A stretch of 64,000 bases of DNA, from positions 51,966-115,965 of the forward strand of contig JAJPJJ010000099.1 of NCBI GenBank assembly GCA_021324295.1, read 5' to 3'. The translations under genes were made by a program, and so were the position numbers. The notes beneath the pieces are model-generated. The model was given only the letters and a program-made list of their open reading frames with translations. It made no database searches and was not told the origin of the DNA. This DNA comes from Bacillota bacterium (GTDB lineage Bacteria > Sysuimicrobiota > Sysuimicrobiia > Sysuimicrobiales > Segetimicrobiaceae). The first letter of the stretch is position 1; every line of letters begins with the position of its first letter. Of the stretch, positions 40,607-49,492 are shown piece after piece.

Positions 40607-41845
40607 GTGAACCGCCCCCGCATCCTCGGGATCGTGCTGGCCGGCGGCAAGGGCGAGCGTCTCTACCCGCTGACGAAGGAGCGCAGCAAGCCCGCCGTGC
40701 CGTTCGGGAGCAAGTACCGGATCGTCGACTTCGTCCTGAGCAACTTCATCAACTCGCGGATCTACTCGCTGTACATCCTCGTGCAGTACAAGTCCCAGTC
40801 GCTGATCGACCACATCCGGCGGGGATGGCGGCTCGGGGGGCTCGTGGACGAGCACTTCATCATCACCGTCCCGCCGCAGATGCGGTGGGGGGAAACGTGG
40901 TACCGGGGGACGGCCGACGCCGTGTTCCAAAACCTGAACTTGATCCGCGATCTCAACCCCGACCTCGTGATGATCTTCGGGGCCGACCACATCTACCGCA
41001 TGGACCTCCAGCAGATGGTCGACGCGCACCTGGACCGGCGGGCGGATGTGACGGTCGCCAGCCTGCCGGTGCCCCTCGAGCTGGCATCGGGGTTCGGCAT
41101 CCTCGAGACCGACGCGGACGGCCGGATCATCGGCTGGGAGGAGAAACCGCGGCAGCCCCGGCCGATGCCCCACGACCCCACCCGGGCGCTCTCGTCGATG
41201 GGCAACTACATCTTTCGAAGCGATCTGCTCGAGGAAATCCTGACCGAAGACGCCCGCCGGAGCACCGACCACGACTTCGGCCGGACGATCATCCCGGAGT
41301 TGTATCCCTACGCGCGGGTGTACGCGTACGACTTCCTGTCCAACGAGATCCCCGGGCTCCGGCCCACCGAGGAGCGCGGATACTGGCGCGATGTCGGCAC
41401 GATCGAGGCGTACTGGCAGGCCAACATGGACCTGCTCGGCCCCACGCCGGCGCTCGATCTCGACAACCCGCGCTGGCCCATCTTGGCCGCGCCGTTCGAC
41501 GGCCCGTCCGCGCGCGTCATCGACGGCCGCGTCGAGGATGCGGCGATCGGGGAAGGGACGCTCATCCGGGGCGGCACGGTGCGCCACTCGATCCTCGGCC
41601 AGGGCGTCGTGATCGAGCCCGACGCGGTCGTCGAGGACAGCATCATCCTGGACAACACCATCGTGGGCCGGGGTGCCCGGATCCGGCGGGCGATCATCGA
41701 CCGGTTCAACGTGATCGAGGCCGAGACGGCGATCGGCTGGGACCGGGAACGGGACCTGGCCGCCGGGATCCTCGACGCCTCCGGCATCGCCGTGCTGCCC
41801 CGCGGGACCACCCGCGTCCGCGGCGCCGTCTCGGCGCTCCGCTGA
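40607..41845 (+). CDS. glgC: Glucose-1-phosphate adenylyltransferase.
   Basis: VNRPRILGIVLAGGKGERLYPLTKERSKPAVPFGSKYRIVDFVLSNFINS... GTG is preceded by AAGGGG. Confidence 0.95.
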   Translation: MNRPRILGIVLAGGKGERLYPLTKERSKPAVPFGSKYRIVDFVLSNFINSRIYSLYILVQYKSQSLIDHIRRGWRLGGLVDEHFIITVPPQMRWGETWYRGTADAVFQNLNLIRDLNPDLVMIFGADHIYRMDLQQMVDAHLDRRADVTVASLPVPLELASGFGILETDADGRIIGWEEKPRQPRPMPHDPTRALSSMGNYIFRSDLLEEILTEDARRSTDHDFGRTIIPELYPYARVYAYDFLSNEIPGLRPTEERGYWRDVGTIEAYWQANMDLLGPTPALDLDNPRWPILAAPFDGPSARVIDGRVEDAAIGEGTLIRGGTVRHSILGQGVVIEPDAVVEDSIILDNTIVGRGARIRRAIIDRFNVIEAETAIGWDRERDLAAGILDASGIAVLPRGTTRVRGAVSALR

Positions 41846-41918
41846 CCGCGCCGACCGGCCCCGCGCCGCGCACCCGGGAGACGAGGAACGAGGCGCCACA
41901 CGCGCCCAGGGAGGCTCT

Positions 41919-44381
41919 GTGACGACACCCGTGCGCTGGATCTGCGTCCACGGCCACTTCTACCAGCCGCCCCGCGAGAACCCCTGGCTCGAGGAAGTCG
42001 AGGTCCAGGACTCGGCGCGTCCGTACCACGACTGGAACGCGCGGGTTACCACCGAGTGCTACGCTCCGAACGGGGCATCGCGGGTGCTCGACGCGGACCG
42101 GCGGATCGTGGAGATCACCAACAACTACAGCCAGATCAGCTTCAACGTCGGCCCCACGCTCCTGGCGTGGATGGAGCAAGCCGCCCCGGAGGTGTACGCG
42201 CGGATCCTCAGCGCCGACCGGGAGAGCCGGGCGTCCCGCGGCGGCCACGGCAACGCGATCGCGCAGGTGTACAATCACATGATCCTCCCACTGGCGACGC
42301 GCCGGGACAAAGAGACCCAGGTGGCGTGGGGCATCGCGGACTTCCGGCACCGGTTCGGCCGCGCACCCGAAGGGATGTGGCTGCCGGAGACCGCGGTGGA
42401 CACGGAGACGCTCAGCGTGCTGGCCGGGCGGGGGATCGCGTTCACGATCCTGGCACCACATCAGGCGCGACGCATCCGGCCCCTCGGCGGCGGCGAGTGG
42501 ACCGACGTGACGGGCGGCCGCGTGGACCCGCGCCGGCCGTACCTGTGCCGGCTGCCGGGTGGCGCTACCATCACGCTGTTCTTCTACGACGGCCCGATCG
42601 CGCGCGCCGTGGCCTTCGAGGGCCTCCTCAACAGCGGCGAGGCGTTCGCGGAGCGCCTGCAGGGGGGCTTTGCGGCCGACCGGCCCGAGCCCCAGCTCGT
42701 GCACATCGCCACCGACGGGGAGTCGTACGGCCATCACCACCCGTTCGGCGAGATGGCGCTCACGTACGCGCTGCGCCTCATCGAGGCGCGCGGGCTGGCC
42801 CGCCTGACAAACTACGGCGAGTACCTGGCCCACCATCCGCCGGAGCAGGAGGTGGAGATCGCCGAGCCGACGAGCTGGTCCTGCGTCCACGGGGTGGAGC
42901 GCTGGCGGGCCAACTGCGGGTGCCGGGCCGGCCACCCGGGCTGGAACCAGGAGTGGCGTGGCCCGCTCCGCGCGGCGCTCGACTGGCTGCGCGACCAGCT
43001 CGCCCGGGTCTTCGAGCGTGAGGGCGGGAGGGTCCTCCGGGACCCGTGGGCGGCGCGCGAGGCGTACATCGACATCATCCTCGACCGCACGCCGGAGGCG
43101 ATCGACGCGTTCTTTGCCGCCCACGGGAGGGCGAGCCTCGACGCCGAGGGGCGGGTGGAGGCGCTGCGTCTTCTCGAGATGCAGCGGCACGCCATGCTCA
43201 TGTATACGTCCTGCGGGTGGTTCTTCGATGAGCTGTCCGGCATCGAGGCGGTCCAGGTCATCAAGTACGCCGCGCGCGCGCTCCAGCTTGCGGAGCACTT
43301 CGGCGAGGCCCTCGAGGAGGAGTTCATCCACCGGCTCGCGGCGGCCAAGAGCAACCTGCGCCAGTGGGGCGACGGGGCGGGCGTCTATCGCCGGGCGGTG
43401 CGCCGGTCCGTCGTCACGCTCCCGCGCGTGATGGCCCACTACGCGATCAGCTCGTTGTTCGAGGCGTACGGCGAGCAGGAGCGGGTGTTCAGCTACACGG
43501 TCCGGCGCGCCGACGTCCGGCGGGAGTCGAGCGGCGGCCACACGCTGGCCGCGGGGCTCGCCACGGTGGCCTCCCGCATCACCGGCGAGACCGCGGACGC
43601 GGCCTACGCGGTGCTGCACCTGGGAGGGCACGACTTCCTGTGCGGGGTTCGCATGGACGCGTCGCTCGCATGGGCCGAGCAGATGAAGACGGATCTCGCC
43701 GACGCCTTCCTGAGCCAGGGCACGAGCGCGGCCGTGCGGATGATCGATGACCGATTCGAAGGCTCGCTGTACGCGCTGCCAGACCTCTTCGTCGAGGAGC
43801 GGCGGAAGATCCTCGGTCTCCTCATCGAGGAGCGCCTGGGCCGGTTCGAAGGAGTCTACAATGCCCTGTACGAGGAGTCCCGGCCCCTGCTCGCCTTCAT
43901 GCGCGACTCCGACGTACCCGTCCCGCCTGCGTTCCTCATGGCCGCGGAGTACACGCTGACGCGCACGATGGCGCAGGAGATCCGGCGGGCGGCGGCCGGG
44001 GAGCCGCTCGCGGACCGCGCGTTCGAGGTCGCCGGCGAGCTGGTCTCCTTCGACCTGGCGTCCCGGTGGGCCGACGTCGAGCCGCTCCTCCGACAGGCGC
44101 TGCAGACGCACGCGGAGCGGTTGCGGACCGACCCGCTCGGCCCGTCGCTTGCGCAGGCCCACCGGCTCCTCGACCTCGCGGAGACCCTCGGCGTGACGCT
44201 GAACCTGTGGCAGGCGCAGAACGCCTACCACGCCGCGGCCCAGGCGCTCCGCGGGGCGCGCGCCGCCGGAGGCGCGGAGGGCGCCGGGACCGACGAGTTC
44301 TGGCGCCTCGGCGAGCGCCTCTACTTTGCCGTGGAGCCGTTGCGCAGCCCCGCCGCGGCGCCAGCGGCGCGCTCGGGATAG
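41919..44381 (+). CDS. GH57-family glycoside hydrolase with C-terminal DUF3536-like extension (alpha-glucan metabolism).
   Basis: MTTPVRWICVHGHFYQPPRENPWLEEV...HIATDGESYGHHHPFGEMAL...820 aa. Confidence 0.8.
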   Translation: MTTPVRWICVHGHFYQPPRENPWLEEVEVQDSARPYHDWNARVTTECYAPNGASRVLDADRRIVEITNNYSQISFNVGPTLLAWMEQAAPEVYARILSADRESRASRGGHGNAIAQVYNHMILPLATRRDKETQVAWGIADFRHRFGRAPEGMWLPETAVDTETLSVLAGRGIAFTILAPHQARRIRPLGGGEWTDVTGGRVDPRRPYLCRLPGGATITLFFYDGPIARAVAFEGLLNSGEAFAERLQGGFAADRPEPQLVHIATDGESYGHHHPFGEMALTYALRLIEARGLARLTNYGEYLAHHPPEQEVEIAEPTSWSCVHGVERWRANCGCRAGHPGWNQEWRGPLRAALDWLRDQLARVFEREGGRVLRDPWAAREAYIDIILDRTPEAIDAFFAAHGRASLDAEGRVEALRLLEMQRHAMLMYTSCGWFFDELSGIEAVQVIKYAARALQLAEHFGEALEEEFIHRLAAAKSNLRQWGDGAGVYRRAVRRSVVTLPRVMAHYAISSLFEAYGEQERVFSYTVRRADVRRESSGGHTLAAGLATVASRITGETADAAYAVLHLGGHDFLCGVRMDASLAWAEQMKTDLADAFLSQGTSAAVRMIDDRFEGSLYALPDLFVEERRKILGLLIEERLGRFEGVYNALYEESRPLLAFMRDSDVPVPPAFLMAAEYTLTRTMAQEIRRAAAGEPLADRAFEVAGELVSFDLASRWADVEPLLRQALQTHAERLRTDPLGPSLAQAHRLLDLAETLGVTLNLWQAQNAYHAAAQALRGARAAGGAEGAGTDEFWRLGERLYFAVEPLRSPAAAPAARSG

Positions 44382-44561
44382 GACGCCGGGAGTCGCAACG
44401 CAGCGGTCGGGCCCGGACGGGTCCGGGCCTCGCGGGGATACGGGGGATATACGGAACGGGATCCTCTCCCCGGCGGACGCGGAATTGCCTGGGCCGGCGG
44501 GGGCGGCACGAGGAGCCGGCGGCCCACCTCGGCCGCGATGCGCCTTCGGAGGGACGGGACG

Positions 44562-45850
44562 CGATGAGCACCGGACGTACAGCGCTGGCGGCCGTCACCG
44601 CGTCGATACTGCTGCTCGCGGCTGGCGCGCCCGCCGGGCCGCGCGCGGCCGGCGGGACGGTGAGCGTGCTCGCCGTGTGGGGAGGGTCGGAGCTCGACAG
44701 TTTCCGGGCGATGGTGAAGCCGTTCGAGCAGCGCACCGGCATCACCGTCCAGTACGAGGGCACCCGCGACCTGGGCGCGGTGCTCACGAGCCGGATCCAG
44801 GGCGGTCATCCGCCCGACATCGCCGCTCTGCCGGGCCCGGGACAGATCGCGGAGCTGGCGCGCGCGCGGGCGCTCGTACCGCTGGCCGGCGTCGTCGACG
44901 CGAAGAGCATGGCGCAGGAGTACGCTCGTACGTGGATCGACCTGGGCTCGGTGGGCGGGACCCTGTACAGCGTCTTCATCAAGACTGCGCTGAAGGGGCT
45001 CGTGTGGTACGATCCCGCGGCCCTGAGAGCGGCCGGCTATCGCGTGCCCGCGACCTGGGACGCGCTCCTCGCGCTCACCCGCAGGATCGCCGCCGGCGGC
45101 ACGAGGCCCTGGTGCATCGGGCTGGAGAGCGGCGCGGCCAGCGGCTGGCCGGCCACGGACTGGATCGAGGTCCTCCTGCTCCGCGCGGCAGGCCCGGCCG
45201 TCTACGAGCGCTGGTACCTGCACAAGATCCCGTGGACCGATCCGGCGATCCGGACCGCGTGGGAGCGATTCGGGACGATCGCCACGAACCCCGCGTACGT
45301 CTACGGCGGCACGCAGGCGGTGCTCGCGACCAACTTCGCCGAGGCGCCGTTTCCGATGCTGGCCGTCCCTCCCCGATGCTACTTGCACCTCCAGGCGACG
45401 TTCATCGAGGACTTCCTCCGCAAGCAGTACCCCGCGGCCCGGCCAGGCGCGGACCTGGACTTCTTCCCCGTCCCCGCGATCGACCCGCACTTCGCGGGGG
45501 CCGTCGAGGTCGCCGGGGACCTCGTCGGGATGTTCCGGGATACGCCCGCGTCGCGGGCGTTGATGCGGTACCTGGTGACCGCGGAGGCGCAGGCGATCTG
45601 GGTGCGGCGCGGCGGAGCGCTGTCACCGAACCGGAAGGTCCGCCTCGCTGACTACCCCGACCCCCTCAGCCGCCGTGCGGCCGGGATCCTGGTCGCCGCG
45701 CCGGTCGCCCGGTTCGACGCGAGCGACATGATGCCCCAGGCGATGCAGAGCGCGTTCTACAAAGCCGCGCTCGAGTACGTCCGGAACCCGGGGCGGGTGG
45801 GGGATCTCCTGGCCGGCCTCGAGCAGACCGCCCGGGATACCTACAGGTAG
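44562..45850 (+). CDS. Carbohydrate ABC transporter substrate-binding protein.
   Basis: MSTGRTALAAVTASILLLAAGAPAGPRAAGGTVSVLAVWGGSELDSFRAMVKPFEQRTGI... Confidence 0.85.
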
Positions 45851-45913
45851 GCGCGGCCGCACGCGGCCACGCGCGCCGCCGCGTGGGAGGCGCGTCGCCG
45901 CTGCGCGGGACGC

Positions 45914-46897
45914 GTGATTGGGATGGAGCGGATCGTCCCTGCCCTGCTCGTGGTCGTCGGCGCGCCGGCCGCCGCGGCGGCCTACATCGCCGCCGCCGAG
46001 GCCATGCTGGCCCGCGCCCCGTCGTCGCGGCAGCGGGCGATCCGGCCGTGGCTGTGGGCGGCACCGGCGCTCGCGTTCATCGCGGTGTTCCTGGTCTACC
46101 CCGCGCTCAGCACGATCGCGCTGAGCTTCAGGGACGCGGCGGGCCACCGCTGGGTCGGGCTGGCCAACTACGTCTTCGCGTTCCGCAGCCCCGAGCTGCT
46201 GGGCGCCCTCTGGAACAACGTCCTCTGGCTGGCGATCTTCACGGCGGCCACCGTGGGCCTCGGGCTGCTCATCGCCATCCTCGCCGACCGCGTCCGGTAC
46301 GGCGCCGCCTGCCTGGCCGTGGTCTTCCTCCCGATGGCCCTCTCGTTCACGGCGGCCGGGGTCACGTGGAAGTTCGTGTACGAGTTCCGGCCGGCCGGCG
46401 CCCCGCAGATCGGCCTCCTCAACGCGGCCGCCCGGGCGGCCATCCCGGGCTTCCTGCCCCGCGCGTGGCTGATCGCTCCGCCTCTCAATACGCTGCTCCT
46501 GATCGCGGTCGGCGTGTGGATCTGGACGGGGTTCTGCGCGGCGGTCCTGTTCGCCGCCCTCCGAAGCGTCCCGGCCGAGCTCACGGACGCCGCGCGGGTG
46601 GACGGCGCCGGGGAGGCACGCCTCCTCGGGCAGGTCGTCCTGCCCACGATCGCCCCGACGATCGCGGTCGTCGCCACGACGATGGCGATTACATCGCTCA
46701 AGGTGTTCGACGTCGTCTACGTCACGACCAACGGCAACTTCGGCACCGACGTGGTCGCCAACCGCATGTACAAGGAAATGTTCACGTTCCAGCACTTCGG
46801 GCGCGCCGGCGCGCTCGCGGTCCTGCTGCTGCTCGCGGCCGGCCCGGTGATGGCCGCGACCGTGCGGCGGCTGCGCGCGGAGGAGGCCCTGCGATGA
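45914..46897 (+). CDS. Carbohydrate ABC transporter permease (MalF/UgpA-like).
   Basis: Six TM segments; the EAA-type loop is not well defined here: ...LRSVPAELTDAARVDGAGEARLLGQVVLP... Confidence 0.85.
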   Translation: MIGMERIVPALLVVVGAPAAAAAYIAAAEAMLARAPSSRQRAIRPWLWAAPALAFIAVFLVYPALSTIALSFRDAAGHRWVGLANYVFAFRSPELLGALWNNVLWLAIFTAATVGLGLLIAILADRVRYGAACLAVVFLPMALSFTAAGVTWKFVYEFRPAGAPQIGLLNAAARAAIPGFLPRAWLIAPPLNTLLLIAVGVWIWTGFCAAVLFAALRSVPAELTDAARVDGAGEARLLGQVVLPTIAPTIAVVATTMAITSLKVFDVVYVTTNGNFGTDVVANRMYKEMFTFQHFGRAGALAVLLLLAAGPVMAATVRRLRAEEALR

Positions 46898-47775
46898 CGC
46901 CGCCGGCGCGCCCGCGGGGGATCGCCGGCCGCCGGCGGCTTGCCCGGGCGCTCCGCGCGGCGCCGGTGCACGCGCTGCTGTGGGCGCTGTGCACGGTCTG
47001 GCTCCTGCCCGTGGTCGGGCTGCTCACCAGCTCGCTGCGGCCGGCCCGTGACGTCAGCGCCTCCGGGTGGTGGACGGTCCTGGCGCACCCCGCCTTCACG
47101 CTCGCCAACTACCGGGAGGTGCTGGCCGCGGACAATATGGGGCAGAGCTTCTGGAACAGCGTGGCGATCGCGCTGCCGTCGGTCGCGATCCCCCTGCTGA
47201 TCGCTGGCTACGCGGGGTACGCGTTCGCCTGGATGGAGTTCCCGGGGCGGCACACGGTGTTCGCGGCCACGGTCGCGCTGCTCGTCGTCCCGCTGCAGAC
47301 GACGTTTATCCCGGTCCTCCGGCTGCTCGCGGCGCTCGGCCTCACCGGCACGTTTGCCGGGGTCTGGATGGCCCACACCGGGTACGGGCTGCCGCTCGCC
47401 ACCTACCTCCTGCGGAACGCGGCCGCCGCCCTGCCCCGCGACCTCATCGACGCCGCGGCGATCGACGGGGCGTCGCCGCTCGCGACGTTCTTCCGGCTCG
47501 TCCTCCCCCTGTCGGGACCGGCGCTTGCGTCGCTCGCGATCTTCCAGTTTCTCTGGGTCTGGAACGACCTCCTCGTCGCCCTGATCTATCTCGGCGGGCA
47601 GCCTGCGGTCGCCCCGATGACGGTGACCATCAGCAACCTCGTCAACTCCCTGGGCGGCGGCTGGCACCTCCTCACGGCGGCCGCGTTCGTCTCGATGGCG
47701 TTGCCGCTCGCCGTGTTCTTCGGCCTGCAGCGGTACGTCGTGCGCGGCATCCTCGCGGGGGCCCTCAAGGGATGA
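46893..47775 (+). CDS. Carbohydrate ABC transporter permease (MalG/UgpE-like).
   Basis: ...ALPRDLIDAAAIDGASPLATFFRLVLPLSGPALASLAIFQF... ATG overlaps the previous stop. Confidence 0.85.
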
Positions 47776-47823
47776 ACCGTCCAGGGGCCGGGCCGGCCGC
47801 GCGCCGCCGCCGGCCGGCAGGGG

Positions 47824-49317
47824 TCAGCGCGCCGGCTGCTGCCGCGAGACCGCCGTCGCGCCGGGGCGCGGCGCCACCCCCACCACCGGCGCAGTGTGCT
47901 CGAAGCCCCAGGGCAGGTGCGGCTGGCCGCCGTTTCCCCCCGCCATCGCGGCGGCGGCCGGCTGTCCGGGCGCGACGCCGGCCACGTGGGGGGTGTGGAA
48001 GATCCAGTCCTTCCGGAAGACCGTGAAGCACGCCCACACCAGCGCGGGGGTCCACGCGAGGAGCGAGAACACCGCGGCGTAGACGGTGTACAGCGCCCCG
48101 CGTCCCCACAGGCCGGTATGCAGCCCGAGCCCCAGCACCTGGTACCCGAAGAGGTACAGGAGCGTGAGCTCGTTGACGGCCGCCCGCAGGGCCGGCACCG
48201 CCAGCGGGCCTCGGAGCGCGAGGATACCGAGGTGGAGGCCCAGCAGGAGCAGGAGCTGCACGTTGCTGACGTTCATCACGAACGGCAGGACGTAGTAGAG
48301 GGCCAGCTCGATGAGGCGCGCGTCCCGCCGCCGGATTCCCTCGCGCAGGCATGGCCACGCGAGGAGCGCGGCCACGCGCATGTGCCCGGTCATCCAGCGG
48401 TGCCGCTGGCGGATCGCCACCCACAGGTTGAGGGGCTTCTCGTCGTACACGCGCGTCTCGGCCACCCAGGGGATGCCGATCCCCTCGTGGAGCAGCAGCA
48501 GGCCGGTGAGCTCGATGTCCTCCGTCTGCGTGCGGATGAGCGGCCAGTACGTGCGTAGCAGGCGGCCCTCGCAGCACCACCCCGTGCCGCAGATCAGCGA
48601 CACCCCGGTGATGTGGGACCGGCCCCGGTTGTACAGGCGGGACGAGGCCACGGTGGTGAGCCACAGGCCCTTCGTGATCCAGTTGTCCGAGCCGTTGAGG
48701 CAGTCGTGAAAGCTCTGGAGGCAGCGCGCGCCGGTGGCGCAGATCGCGTTGTTCATCGCCTGCAGGAAGTTGGGGGCCACGACGTTGTCCGCGTCGATCA
48801 CGCACACGTACCGGTCGTCGTCCGGCCGGAGCAGCCGCTCGATCGCGTGGCCGAGCGCGCGGTGCTTCCCGAACCCCTTCACGCCCGTGCGCAACACCCG
48901 GGCCCCGAGCCGGCGTGCGATCTCCTCGGTGCGGTCGCCGCTGCCGTCGGAGACGACGTACACGTCGAAGAGGTCCTCCGGGTAGTCCTGGCACATCAGG
49001 CTGCCGACGGAGTTCTGGATGACGCGCTCCTCGTTGTACGCGGGCACGAGGCACACGAAGCGGACCACCGGCGGGTGCCAGGGATACGGCCGGTACGACC
49101 GGAGCGAGCACAGGCCAAAGAACAGCACCGGCCCGACCTGGATGCCGTAGACGAGCAGGAAGTTGATCGAGTACAACCACGTGACATCGAGCGGTTGAAC
49201 CGCCGCGCCCTGAGCGTAGAGCACGGCGGCCGTCAGCGCCACGCCGACGGCGCCCATGAGCGCGGCCGCCCGGGCCGGCATGCTGACGGACGCGAGGAAC
49301 TCCCTGGTTGTGCGCAT
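47824..49317 (-). CDS. Membrane-embedded family-2 glycosyltransferase (processive beta-glycan synthase-like).
   Basis: ...CLVPAYNEERVIQNSVGSLMCQDYPEDLFDVYVVSDGSGDRT...VIDADNVVAPNF...QRHRWMTGH (QxxRW), with multiple TM helices. Start is ambiguous: ATG at 49317 (MRTTREF, with GAGG 12 nt upstream), or TTG at 49362 as in the track. Confidence 0.8.
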   Translation of the reverse strand: MRTTREFLASVSMPARAAALMGAVGVALTAAVLYAQGAAVQPLDVTWLYSINFLLVYGIQVGPVLFFGLCSLRSYRPYPWHPPVVRFVCLVPAYNEERVIQNSVGSLMCQDYPEDLFDVYVVSDGSGDRTEEIARRLGARVLRTGVKGFGKHRALGHAIERLLRPDDDRYVCVIDADNVVAPNFLQAMNNAICATGARCLQSFHDCLNGSDNWITKGLWLTTVASSRLYNRGRSHITGVSLICGTGWCCEGRLLRTYWPLIRTQTEDIELTGLLLLHEGIGIPWVAETRVYDEKPLNLWVAIRQRHRWMTGHMRVAALLAWPCLREGIRRRDARLIELALYYVLPFVMNVSNVQLLLLLGLHLGILALRGPLAVPALRAAVNELTLLYLFGYQVLGLGLHTGLWGRGALYTVYAAVFSLLAWTPALVWACFTVFRKDWIFHTPHVAGVAPGQPAAAAMAGGNGGQPHLPWGFEHTAPVVGVAPRPGATAVSRQQPAR

Positions 49318-49492
49318 GGATGCGAGAAACCTCGGGCGAATTATCCCCCCTTTCTTTATCAACCACGCGCACCCGGCTTTGAACCAGACTATCGAAGGAG
49401 CGGGGTAGATCGTTCAAACGTAGGAGACGCCGCGCGGACGGTACCGCCACGGCGCTGGGGCGCGCACGCGGCCCAAGGGCGTGTGCGCGGCC

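Noticed and set aside
40498-44440. Shared 11-mer GGGCCCGGACG at about 40504 and 44411, as evidence for a dispersed repeat family.
   Set aside because: An 11-mer of this GC composition is expected to recur by chance about once in 128 kb.
47786-47812. GC palindrome GCCGGCCG-8nt-CGGCCGGC between the convergent permease and GT2 genes, as a possible bidirectional terminator.
   Set aside because: Plausible, but with no U tract it is indistinguishable from ordinary GC-rich inverted repeats; recorded only as a note.
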